IMG/VR virus record: IMGVR_UViG_3300028388_003891
Span: 5,513-69,512 of that record
DNA: 64,000 bases
Source of the DNA: a virus
Lineage: Duplodnaviria > Heunggongvirae > Uroviricota > Caudoviricetes
Direction: 5' to 3' (one strand)
Of the stretch, positions 57,023 through 64,000 are shown one piece after another; position 1 is the stretch's first letter; every line of letters begins with the position of its first letter. The position numbers and the translations under genes are program-made. The notes below the pieces were generated by a model, which saw only the letters and a list, made by a program, of their open reading frames with translations, ran no database searches and was not told the DNA's origin.

Positions 57023-57099
57023 GCCGCAGTGACCCAATTGGCAGAGGTGCCAGTTTCAAAAGCTGGATGTTGTCGGTTCGACTCCGACCTGCGGTACCA
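57023..57099 (+). tRNA. class-I tRNA with CAA anticodon (Leu-type anticodon)
   Basis: acceptor GCCGCAG/CTGCGGT, stem CCAGT/GCTGG loop TTCAAAA, var ATGTT, T-arm GTCGG-TTCGACT-CCGAC, A73 CCA. Confidence 0.55.
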
Positions 57100-57184
57100 A
57101 ACTACGACGTCGAGCTCAAGATAACACCGGGGACCGGCGTGTGGGAAGGCTATTTGGAATACGGACTGCTTATAAAATGGTTAT

Positions 57185-57259
57185 AGGGATGTAGCGCAAT
57201 TGGTAGAGCAGCGGAGTTTGATTCCGCAGATTCCGGTTCGAATCCGGACATCCCTTCCA
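57185..57259 (+). tRNA. tRNA-Gln (UUG)
   Basis: acceptor AGGGATG/CATCCCT, D-arm GCGCAATTGGTAGAGC, stem GCGGA/TCCGC loop GTTTGAT, T-arm TCCGG-TTCGAAT-CCGGA, U73 CCA. Confidence 0.7.
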
Positions 57260-57347
57260 AGGACAGTAAAATGAACGTACTACGAGAGTACGAACACCAC
57301 AACAAGCTGGTACTCAGTATTTTAATGGATGCTTTAGCTGATCCACC

Positions 57348-57422
57348 GGGCCGGTAGCTTAATGGTAGAGCAGTGCCCTCATAAGGCAACGGTTGTGGGT
57401 TCGATTCCCTCCCGGCCCACCA
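57348..57422 (+). tRNA. tRNA-Met (CAU; elongator Met or Ile2-type)
   Basis: acceptor GGGCCGG/CCGGCCC, D-arm GCTTAATGGTAGAGC, loop CTCATAA, T-arm GTGGG-TTCGATT-CCCTC, A73 CCA. Confidence 0.7.
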
Positions 57423-57517
57423 GTTACGTAACGCAGGCCGCCCCTGCGACACTTGGGTAGCGCCCAAAACCCCTCTCGAGGACTAGAGAGGCAAAACCAA
57501 AGGTCAACCAATTCAAT
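57423..57517 (+). other. spacer with three consecutive hairpins between tRNA genes
   Basis: CGCAGG-ccgccc-CTGCG, TTGGG-tagcg-CCCAA, CCTCTC-gaggacta-GAGAGG. Confidence 0.4.
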
Positions 57518-57593
57518 GCCCTCGTAGCTTAACGGATAGAGCGACTCGCTACGAACGAGTTAGGTGGGAGTTCAATTCTCTCCGAGGGTGCCA
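57518..57593 (+). tRNA. tRNA-Arg (ACG)
   Basis: acceptor GCCCTCG/CGAGGGT, stem ACTCG/CGAGT loop CTACGAA, T-arm GGGAG-TTCAATT-CTCTC, G73 CCA. Confidence 0.8.
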
Positions 57594-57739
57594 AACGTAG
57601 TTCGTGTGAGCAACCGGTTGTCTGCAGACACCAACGGGAAACGAACTGGCCGGGACAGTGAGATGCTCACACATCACTGATCCACCAATTATGGGGTGAG
57701 GGCGCGCGACTAAGGAATACCTGATCCCCACCATACAAC

Positions 57740-57815
57740 GACGCGATGGCTCGAGTGGTTAGGCCGCCGCCTGCAAAGCGGAAGAATGTCGGTTCGATTC
57801 CGACTCGCGTCTCCA
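57740..57815 (+). tRNA. tRNA-Cys (GCA)
   Basis: acceptor GACGCGA/TCGCGTC, loop CTGCAAA, T-arm GTCGG-TTCGATT-CCGAC, U73 CCA. Confidence 0.7.
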
Positions 57816-57821
57816 AACAAT

Positions 57822-57915
57822 GGAAGGTAATGCAGTGCCGATGGTGGCGCGACTGGCCTTGAAAACCAGGTCCCGGCTAAAACCGGGTGGGGTTCGACTC
57901 CTCTGCCTTCCGCCA
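57822..57915 (+). tRNA. tRNA-Ser (UGA), class II
   Basis: acceptor GGAAGGT/GCCTTCC, loop CTTGAAA, long variable arm hairpin CCCGG-CTAAAA-CCGGG, T-loop TTCGACT, G73 CCA. Confidence 0.7.
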
Positions 57916-57932
57916 ACATAGGAGATGGCAAC

Positions 57933-58190
57933 ATGGAAAAGTTTGCAGTGCTTGCCATTACGGCAGGCTTAATCGGTTTGGGGCTAATCCTCATCGCCCT
58001 TGCAATGTCGAAAATTTCAATCCCAGAATGGTTCTTCCGCACACAGGATGGTGTGCGTATTGGAGTGCGTACAGACGTGTTGGGCAACACGAAAGTGCGA
58101 GTTGACTTTGCTGACAAAACAACACGCGCGCTGATCTACAAACGAGCCAAAGCTGTTAACGACCGTGTGACTATGAGTGCACTGCGTTGA
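57933..58190 (+). CDS. small membrane protein (85 aa)
   Basis: AGGAGA RBS; one TM helix. Confidence 0.45.
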   Translation: MEKFAVLAITAGLIGLGLILIALAMSKISIPEWFFRTQDGVRIGVRTDVLGNTKVRVDFADKTTRALIYKRAKAVNDRVTMSALR

Positions 58191-58340
58191 CCTGACAGCC
58201 GGGATTGGAGACAATAAGTACTGATTTGGGCCATTTCGAAAATTGCTGAATTGCTATGTGTGGCCCCGTTTTGCGGCTATATAGAAAGAAGACCGAGGAG
58301 CATAAGCGTAAAATCGCTGAATCTCTACGGAATAGAAAAC

Positions 58341-58417
58341 GCAGGACTGGTGTTTAACGGCTAGCATCTCTGGCTTCCAACCAGAAGGTAGGAGTTCGAG
58401 TCTCCTGTTCTGCTCCA
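58341..58417 (+). tRNA. tRNA-Gly (UCC)
   Basis: acceptor GCAGGAC/GTTCTGC, stem TCTGG/CCAGA loop CTTCCAA, T-arm AGGAG-TTCGAGT-CTCCT, U73 CCA. Confidence 0.8.
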
Positions 58418-58437
58418 AATAATGTCGAGGACAGATC

Positions 58438-58776
58438 GTGGATAATCTGGTTGGAAACCGTTACAATCTGTATGGTGTGTGGGACGACCACATCAAACTG
58501 AACGATACCGTGTACCGTATCGACGTAGACCCGTTTGATGGCTATCGATCCTACCTCAATGGGGTTACGGCGGTACTGCAGACGCCAGAGATGGTGTTTT
58601 CGACGTTGCCCATAGCTGAAATCGTGGTGCACGAAGATCGCACGGAGTGCAAAAACGGATACATCTTGAAAGACGACCTAGGTCACGTGTGGCTTGAGCT
58701 CGGTACCGATCACCACGACAGTTGGTATCCGTATGTGTACATGCGGTATAATCCCAAAGAACCAGATAACGTATGA
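58438..58776 (+). CDS. hypothetical protein (112 aa, GTG start)
   Basis: ORF with GAGGA RBS inside tRNA array. Confidence 0.45.
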   Translation: MDNLVGNRYNLYGVWDDHIKLNDTVYRIDVDPFDGYRSYLNGVTAVLQTPEMVFSTLPIAEIVVHEDRTECKNGYILKDDLGHVWLELGTDHHDSWYPYVYMRYNPKEPDNV

Positions 58777-58777
58777 T

Positions 58778-58855
58778 GGTGGTCGTAGCTCAATTGGTTA
58801 GAGCGTCGGTTTGTGACACCGAAGGCCGAGGGTTCGATCCCCTCCGATCACCCCA
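58778..58855 (+). tRNA. tRNA-His (GUG) with encoded G-1
   Basis: G-1 + GTGGTCG/CGATCAC + C73, D-arm GCTCAATTGGTTAGAGC, loop TTGTGAC, T-arm GAGGG-TTCGATC-CCCTC, CCA. Confidence 0.75.
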
Positions 58856-58931
58856 AATTAACGACGACTGCAGCCCGATATACAGAGAAGAATAAATACT
58901 GTCCCACAATTCAATTTATTAACACCGATGA

Positions 58932-59008
58932 GCCCTCGTAGCTTAACTGGATAGAGCAACGGAATTCTACTCCGTTTGATGTGGGTTCGAATCCTACCGA
59001 GGGTGCCA
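58932..59008 (+). tRNA. tRNA-Arg (UCU)
   Basis: acceptor GCCCTCG/CGAGGGT, stem ACGGA/TCCGT loop ATTCTAC, T-arm GTGGG-TTCGAAT-CCTAC, G73 CCA. Confidence 0.75.
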
Positions 59009-59010
59009 AT

Positions 59011-59298
59011 TTGAAATACGATCTGCCAGCATTATATGATGAGCTGAGCCCAAAACAAAGACGAGACGTCCGCCTACAATATGTTGAGCAACAACAAGGC
59101 AAGTGCTATTGGTGCAACCATGACCTCAACCAGGATCCTCCAATTTCGATACTTAATGAATGGATCAACTGGGACCTATTTCCCGACGGGTTCCGAAAAC
59201 ATCCGATCCATCTGCAGCACGACCACGATACGGGACTGACGGAGGGCGCCGTGCATATGAGATGTAATGCCTATATGTGGCAGTATCGTGGACGGTAA
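59011..59298 (+). CDS. endonuclease VII-like (T4 gp49 family) nuclease
   Basis: GKCYWCNHDLN...HLQHDHDTGLTEGAVHMRCNAYM aligns with T4 endo VII GKCLICQREL...HLDHDHELNG...CNLCNAAEG; start uncertain (TTG 59011 right after tRNA; ORF track GTG 58981 lies inside the tRNA). Confidence 0.65.
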   Translation: MKYDLPALYDELSPKQRRDVRLQYVEQQQGKCYWCNHDLNQDPPISILNEWINWDLFPDGFRKHPIHLQHDHDTGLTEGAVHMRCNAYMWQYRGR

Positions 59299-59305
59299 TA
59301 TATCT

Positions 59306-59345
59306 GTATAGTAGAATTTGGGCTAATATACCGATATAGTAGAAT
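59306..59345 (+). repeat. two direct copies of TATAGTAGAATT (promoter-like)
   Basis: 59306-59317 and 59334-59345, just upstream of a tRNA trio. Confidence 0.5.
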
Positions 59346-59347
59346 TA

Positions 59348-59422
59348 TGGCTTCATAGCTCAATGGCAAGAGCACTCGGCCGATAACCGGGAGATCTAAG
59401 TTCGATTCTTAGTGAAGCTACC
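59348..59422 (+). tRNA. tRNA-Ile (GAU)
   Basis: acceptor GGCTTCA/TGAAGCT, stem CTCGG/CCGGG loop CCGATAA, T-arm CTAAG-TTCGATT-CTTAG, A73 CCA. Confidence 0.7.
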
Positions 59423-59427
59423 AAACA

Positions 59428-59502
59428 CGCCCCTGTAGTACAACCGGTAGTACACCACCTTGGTAAGGTGGAGAACGTGGGTCGGGACCACGCTGGGGCA
59501 CC
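59428..59502 (+). tRNA. tRNA-Thr (GGU), atypical T-loop
   Basis: acceptor GCCCCTG/CTGGGGC (one U-U), D-stem GTAC/GTAC, stem CCACC/GGTGG loop TTGGTAA, T-arm CGTGG-GTCGGGA-CCACG, A73 CCA. Confidence 0.6.
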
Positions 59503-59509
59503 AAACTAA

Positions 59510-59587
59510 AGCCTGAGTACCCCAATTGGCAGAGGGGCGAGATCGAGAATCTCGTTAGGTGTGGGTTCGAGTCCCACCTCAGGTACC
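59510..59587 (+). tRNA. class-I tRNA with GAG anticodon (Leu-type), C at position 33
   Basis: acceptor GCCTGAG/CTCAGGT, D-stem CCCC/GGGG, stem CGAGA/TCTCG loop TCGAGAA, T-arm GTGGG-TTCGAGT-CCCAC, A73 CCA. Confidence 0.45.
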
Positions 59588-59869
59588 AACGCGTGCAACC
59601 TGTGTTACGTTGCAAACGTGCACACGGTCATCCACCTTGATGCGCAATTGCGCTCCGACGTTGATCTGCTGGTCATTCGTATCGAGCTCGACGTCACTAT
59701 TTGGACGCAGCTTTAACGTGCAATCAGATTCGACGACCCAGTCGCCTCGTCGGTCAGTCTGAACGAGTACGACTGACGGGGCAAACCACACTGAGCGAAT
59801 CTCCGTTGGGTGTGGTGCGGCAAAGGCCGCTGTTGACAAAAGTGCTAATGCTAGTAGAAGGTATTTCAC
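59579..59869 (-). CDS. small secreted protein (signal peptide MKYLLLALALLSTAAFA)
   Basis: clear signal peptide with AFA cleavage site; minus strand; 3' end overlaps tRNA end. Confidence 0.4.
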   Translation of the reverse strand: MKYLLLALALLSTAAFAAPHPTEIRSVWFAPSVVLVQTDRRGDWVVESDCTLKLRPNSDVELDTNDQQINVGAQLRIKVDDRVHVCNVTQVARVGT

Positions 59870-59930
59870 AATAGGCTCCTATGAGTGTATATAAGGTATA
59901 TATGCTCTATACATCTTCTCGGAATACATT

Positions 59931-60080
59931 ATGAGTAAAAAGGCGAAAGATTCACAGCTCCTCATCAAAGTTAACAAAGAGGACAAGAAAGCCTTCATTG
60001 AAATATGTGAATCGCAAGACACGACTGCAAGTCGTGAGATCCGCAGATTCATTTCACGCACTATCAAAAAACATGGGTGA
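59931..60080 (+). CDS. ribbon-helix-helix (CopG/Arc-like) DNA-binding protein, 49 aa (below ORF-track cutoff)
   Basis: MSKKAKDSQLLIKVNKEDKKAFIEICESQDTTASREIRRFI: beta-strand LLIKV + two helices typical of RHH. Confidence 0.5.
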   Translation: MSKKAKDSQLLIKVNKEDKKAFIEICESQDTTASREIRRFISRTIKKHG

Positions 60081-60086
60081 TGTATT

Positions 60087-60383
60087 ATGACGAACATTAA
60101 GCGGGACGACGTGCAACAGTCCTTTACGAACCGCCGTAACGAAATCGCGAACAGGCTTGAGGCATCTCTCTTTGGGGCACGTAACGAAGACATTACGATG
60201 AGCCCTCGCGCCCTTGAAGCGGTTGAGGTGTGCGCGGAGGGGATCGATACGATGGGCAAGTACATTGACTATTTGGAAGCTGCCCTACATAAGGCGCGCA
60301 CACGTGTAAAGGACCTCGAGCGCATCACAGCATCACCACAAGACGTCACTGTTGTCAAAGATGGCGCGCAGGTGCGACTATAG
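60087..60383 (+). CDS. hypothetical protein (98 aa)
   Basis: ORF. Confidence 0.4.
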   Translation: MTNIKRDDVQQSFTNRRNEIANRLEASLFGARNEDITMSPRALEAVEVCAEGIDTMGKYIDYLEAALHKARTRVKDLERITASPQDVTVVKDGAQVRL

Positions 60384-60390
60384 CTATATT

Positions 60391-60482
60391 GGAAGGTTGC
60401 CAGAGAGGTCGATTGGGGCTCCCTGCTAAGGAGTTGACCCTCTTATGAGGGTCCGAGAGTTCGAATCTCTCACCTTCCGCCA
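60391..60482 (+). tRNA. tRNA-Ser (GCU), class II
   Basis: acceptor GGAAGGT/ACCTTCC, stem CTCC/GGAG loop CTGCTAA, variable arm ACCCTC-TTATG-AGGGT, T-arm GAGAG-TTCGAAT-CTCTC, G73 CCA. Confidence 0.75.
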
Positions 60483-60499
60483 ACACGAGGAGGAATGTA

Positions 60500-60775
60500 A
60501 TGGTCAAAGAGCGTATTGGTAATGCTCTGTACTGGTTTAGGGATGACGACATACGTGAACGAGCTCTTCGTCTCTATGCGTGCAGGTCAATGCCAATGAC
60601 ATATCGTGAAGCCTTGTGTGACAGTAGCCTGACTCAAATGGCTGAGGTAGTGATCGACATGGAGAGACAGGTATTGATCAAGTGCCGACCGGTATTGCTG
60701 GAGGATTTAATCGATCACTACCTTGAGGTAGGACCGAGCGAGCAGTATCGAGCCACAGCTCAGTTGTCCGGCTGA
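60500..60775 (+). CDS. hypothetical protein (91 aa)
   Basis: GAGGAGG RBS. Confidence 0.45.
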   Translation: MVKERIGNALYWFRDDDIRERALRLYACRSMPMTYREALCDSSLTQMAEVVIDMERQVLIKCRPVLLEDLIDHYLEVGPSEQYRATAQLSG

Positions 60776-60782
60776 ATAACCG

Positions 60783-60807
60783 ACCCCGCTACGGCGGGGT
60801 TTTTTTT
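60783..60807 (+). terminator. rho-independent terminator
   Basis: ACCCCGC-TACG-GCGGGGT + TTTTTTT. Confidence 0.85.
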
Positions 60808-60828
60808 GTGCAAATTAAGGAGAATGTG

Positions 60829-61011
60829 ATGGAAACTGTAATTAAGGCTGTTACGACTCTGGTGGTTGCAGTGGTGATTGGTTTCCTGTTCAGCTATCCG
60901 CTAATGCTACTGTGGAACGGCTGTTTGGTGTCGGCTATCGATGGTGTGCGCGAAATATCGTGGCTGCAAACGTGGGGTATCGCAGTTTTGTTTCATTTTC
61001 TGTTCAAGTAG
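60829..61011 (+). CDS. small two-TM membrane protein (60 aa)
   Basis: AAGGAG RBS; METVIKAVTTLVVAVVIGFLF... Confidence 0.4.
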   Translation: METVIKAVTTLVVAVVIGFLFSYPLMLLWNGCLVSAIDGVREISWLQTWGIAVLFHFLFK

Positions 61012-61081
61012 CACTGTTGTCCTCCTCCGTGTAATTTGAGATAATGTCCCTGTTGAGTTAATAACCACACGGAGATATCAC

Positions 61082-61429
61082 ATGGCTATCGTAACCAAGG
61101 ATTTCATCGAAAACTTTATCGCGACCCACAGCGAGAAAGAGGTTGCTCACTTCATCGGTCGTGCACTGGTCGTGATCTTTAACAACCAGACTGAAGACGA
61201 GAAGCGCGACAACGAGACTCGTGTTTACAACAACATCGGGTTTACTGGTGCCGACGGTCGTGTCGGTGCTCTTGGCGCCAAGTCGTTCCTCAAGAACGGC
61301 ACGCTGCTTGACTGGCAGGTTGATCAGTGGACCAAGCGTAACAAGCAAGGTACGATGCGGATCGCCAAATACTGGCGTCAGCTCAACAAAGCCGCTGAGC
61401 GCAAAGCTCAGCGGAAGGAGGCAGCATGA
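61082..61429 (+). CDS. hypothetical protein (115 aa)
   Basis: ORF. Confidence 0.45.
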   Translation: MAIVTKDFIENFIATHSEKEVAHFIGRALVVIFNNQTEDEKRDNETRVYNNIGFTGADGRVGALGAKSFLKNGTLLDWQVDQWTKRNKQGTMRIAKYWRQLNKAAERKAQRKEAA

Positions 61430-61602
61430 GAGAGACTGTACAGCAGTTCTTGCAACGTGGAGGGCGCATCACCAAGTGCCCAAGTTCGGCTGATCGTGAC
61501 ACTACATGGCGTCGTGGTTATAAGCGAGATGCAGTGCTACACCGCCTCGGTGGTTCATTCGGCGACATGATGCCCTTCGCGCGCAAGCCGGGCAAGCAAT
61601 AG

Positions 61603-62196
61603 TCACCCGGTCCGCTCAATTACTAAGCACCCAGCTTTGCCGCGATCATAATCGATCGCGGTTTTCCACGTATCCGGCTGTACGGTGGTAGTGAATTTCA
61701 TTACAGCTTTGAACAGCGCACGATTGTTTTGGTTGACATCATGGAACGCGATGTACTTGGAAACTGAGCTCGCGTGCACATTGAGCTCATTGAGAAGATG
61801 TCCAGCATTGTGGAGAGAGTCGATATGTAGCATGTCACATGGAGACACGGTGCTTGGGTCGGTGGATGACCTACGTATAATATCAACACGCTTGCCAGTT
61901 TGCTCGCAGTACACATCAACCAGCCGACGAAGAGAGTCGTCGTACAGCTGAGTAGAGATGTCCACACCGATGTAATGCTCGACGGAAGGTTGCAGCAACA
62001 TCTTGATCAATGACGCTCCTTGATAAACGCCGAGCTCTTTGATGACCCGACAACGACCAGCGTACTCGCGTAGTATGTTGTCGCGGTCGAACTCAGGTAG
62101 ATACTTGTGGTCTGGATCGTACTGTAACAACCAATCGTGGTGCTCGACTGCTTGCGTCATCGTGTTACATCGTGTGAAGTCTACTAGTCGGCCCAT
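61603..62196 (-). CDS. class I SAM-dependent methyltransferase-like protein
   Basis: VIKELGVYQGASLIKML (motif I-like) ... YIGVDIS ... MLHIDSLHN. Confidence 0.45.
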   Translation of the reverse strand: MGRLVDFTRCNTMTQAVEHHDWLLQYDPDHKYLPEFDRDNILREYAGRCRVIKELGVYQGASLIKMLLQPSVEHYIGVDISTQLYDDSLRRLVDVYCEQTGKRVDIIRRSSTDPSTVSPCDMLHIDSLHNAGHLLNELNVHASSVSKYIAFHDVNQNNRALFKAVMKFTTTVQPDTWKTAIDYDRGKAGCLVIERTG

Positions 62197-62256
62197 GTTG
62201 TCATCTTCGATGTGAGAGTGTAAGGTGTGGTTGTCATTAACAAAAGGAGATATGAC

Positions 62257-62502
62257 ATGAAAAAGTTACTTATCGCAACTCTGGCTGCGATTACGCTGTC
62301 TGCCTGTACGAACGAAGGCAAAACTTACGACGTACTGCGTAAAGCAGGTTATACCGACATCAAGGTCGGCGGATGGGCGCCGTTTTCATGCAGTGAAGAC
62401 GACGTGTTTAAAACCAAGTTTACAGCAACTAACCCCACGGGCCAGACCGTCGAAGGCGTCGTATGTGCGGGCTGGTTCAAGGGCGGAACGATAAGGCTTT
62501 GA
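62257..62502 (+). CDS. lipoprotein (81 aa)
   Basis: MKKLLIATLAAITLSAC lipobox; start at internal Met of ORF 62227. Confidence 0.5.
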   Translation: MKKLLIATLAAITLSACTNEGKTYDVLRKAGYTDIKVGGWAPFSCSEDDVFKTKFTATNPTGQTVEGVVCAGWFKGGTIRL

Positions 62503-62771
62503 CATGGCGCACGTAACCAGAGAGTTTATTATCGCGAACAAGTGCGTCGGGCGTATAAAGCATGGGAGAATGACGCACAGTCCGGTGACACAGGTATTTC
62601 AGATCTCGAGATGGAACGAGTCGAGGTGCGTAAGATCGTGATAGTTCACAATGAGTACACAGCAGACCCAGATTATTGGCCTTGATCGGTTGACATTACA
62701 ACCACAGTAGAGGAATATGTAGTTTCTGTCGCTGAGGCGACGTTCTCAAAAAAATCAAAAGGAGTTACATT

Positions 62772-63728
62772 ATGGTAGCAGCAGTAGAAAGTATGGCATA
62801 CGCAGGTGAAGTGCCTTGGCATAACCTTGGAACTAAGGTACCCGCTGACCTGGCACCAATCCAGATGATGAAACAGGCTGGTCTCGACTGGCGCGTCGAA
62901 GAAGTACCGGCGATGATCGAGTGGAAGGGTCAAACCGTGCCCACCGGCCAGAAGGCTCTGGTTCGTGAAACCGATGGCAAGATTCTTACGTCAGTCGGTG
63001 CTGGGTGGAATCCCGTCCAGAACGAGCAGGCGTTCGAATTTTTTCACGATTTCTGTGCCGCAGGTGACATGGAGATGCACACCGCGGGGTCACTGAACGG
63101 TGGCAAGAACGTGTGGGTGCTCGCTAAGGTTAACGAGTCATTCGATATCCTGGATGGTGATCAGGTTGATAGCTACCTGCTGTTCTCCAACCCCCATCAG
63201 TACGGTCGCAGCATCGAGATTCGGTTCACGCCGATCCGCGTTGTGTGCAATAACACACTGACGATGTCTCTCAACCTGGACGCCGCCAACTCGGTCAAGC
63301 TCAACCACCGCACGGCCTTCAATGGCGATATCGTCAAAGAGACGCTTGGCATCGCTCACGATAAGCTCGCCAAGTACCGTGACACCGCCGAGTTCCTCGC
63401 CGGCAAGCAGTTCTCGATGGACAACCTGATCCAGTACTACAATGAGGTGTTCCCTCACACGTACGCTGGGTCCAAGAACAAGGAAATCAAGACTGCCGAC
63501 GATCTCACCAAGACTGGTAAACGTGCTCTCGAGCTGATTGAAGTGCAGCCTGGTGCTAACTACGGTGAAGGCTCATGGTGGCAGGCGTTCAACAGCGTCA
63601 CGTACCTTGCAGACCACGAGATGGGTCGTAGTGACGAGTCACGCCTGTCGAGCGCATGGTTCGGCCAGAACCAGCGCCGCAAGGTCAAGGCCCTGTCCAA
63701 GGCGATCGAGTACGCTGAGGCTGCATAA
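62772..63728 (+). CDS. DUF932-like phage/plasmid protein (318 aa)
   Basis: LLFSNPHQYGRSIEIRFTPIRVVCNNTL region resembles DUF932 family. Confidence 0.5.
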   Translation: MVAAVESMAYAGEVPWHNLGTKVPADLAPIQMMKQAGLDWRVEEVPAMIEWKGQTVPTGQKALVRETDGKILTSVGAGWNPVQNEQAFEFFHDFCAAGDMEMHTAGSLNGGKNVWVLAKVNESFDILDGDQVDSYLLFSNPHQYGRSIEIRFTPIRVVCNNTLTMSLNLDAANSVKLNHRTAFNGDIVKETLGIAHDKLAKYRDTAEFLAGKQFSMDNLIQYYNEVFPHTYAGSKNKEIKTADDLTKTGKRALELIEVQPGANYGEGSWWQAFNSVTYLADHEMGRSDESRLSSAWFGQNQRRKVKALSKAIEYAEAA

Positions 63729-63946
63729 TGCGATGGACTGGTATTAAGACGCAGAGGGCACGTAAACGTGCCCTTCGCTGTTTGTGGCACTCTTGGTTTG
63801 CTTGGTACCCGATCGCTATAAAAGATCCGATTGGTGACCACGAGATGACAGTGTGGATGGAGTGGGTTCAACGCCGTCGGGTACTCTCAACCACGGGGCC
63901 CCGCACCGGTTGGCATTGGGAGTACAGGGAGAACCCAAATGGATAA
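63728..63946 (+). CDS. hypothetical protein (72 aa)
   Basis: ATGA-coupled ORF. Confidence 0.3.
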   Translation: MRWTGIKTQRARKRALRCLWHSWFAWYPIAIKDPIGDHEMTVWMEWVQRRRVLSTTGPRTGWHWEYRENPNG

Positions 63947-64000
63947 AAGAAGCGATACTTTGGCGCAAGTGAACGAAGACTTCGGTACTTGGTGGACCAA

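Noticed and set aside
54533-58214. Minus-strand ORFs across the tRNA array (e.g. 54533..54760, 55530..55871, 56676..57059, 57710..58117)
   Set aside because: They run antisense through tRNA genes, have no RBS and low-complexity translations.
58981-59010. GTG start of the endonuclease VII-like ORF as given by the ORF track
   Set aside because: The first 10 codons are the T-arm and acceptor strand of tRNA-Arg(UCU). The real start must be downstream (TTG 59011 or later).
1-64000. CRISPR arrays, integrases/transposases, IS elements
   Set aside because: No spaced direct repeats other than the collagen repeat. No recombinase-like ORFs seen.

Overview
This window is one strand-biased stretch of a T4-like (Tevenvirinae-type) myovirus genome at roughly 49% GC. 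It begins inside the large terminase gene and runs through the structural, replication, DNA-modification and tRNA modules.

Structural module: tail sheath, tail tube and portal. A non-T4 insertion follows, carrying a collagen-like protein and large repeat-rich proteins. Then come the prohead protease, scaffold and major capsid genes. TATAAATA late promoters sit upstream of several of these genes.

Replication and recombination core, mostly in T4 order: UvsW, late sigma factor gp55, gp47/gp46, sliding clamp gp45, clamp loader gp44/gp62, RegA, DNA polymerase gp43, UvsX and helicase gp41. DNA ligase and an Hsp20 are also present.

A 7-deazaguanine DNA-modification cluster sits between gp46 and gp45. 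It has QueE-like, QueD, FolE and DpdA/TGT-like genes, but no recognisable QueC.

Positions 50276-60482 hold an array of about 31 tRNA genes interleaved with small ORFs, an Rnl2-type RNA ligase and an endonuclease VII-like gene.

Non-coding elements read directly from the sequence:
- A circularly permuted two-piece tmRNA gene with tag AANDAVYDVALAA, which points to an alphaproteobacterial host.
- Two type-I hammerhead ribozyme motifs inside the tRNA array. One has its cleavage site exactly at a tRNA 5' end.
- A set of class-I (short variable arm) tRNAs carrying Leu-type and Tyr-type anticodons.
- An anomalous tRNA-Ala locus with orphan T-arm fragments.
- A roughly 100-nt T-arm-containing structured RNA.
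- A minus-strand vWA protein with Ro60-like features.

All coordinates come from hand-reading anchored to the ORF track. tRNA and RNA-element boundaries are good to about ±2 nt, and folds were done by eye.
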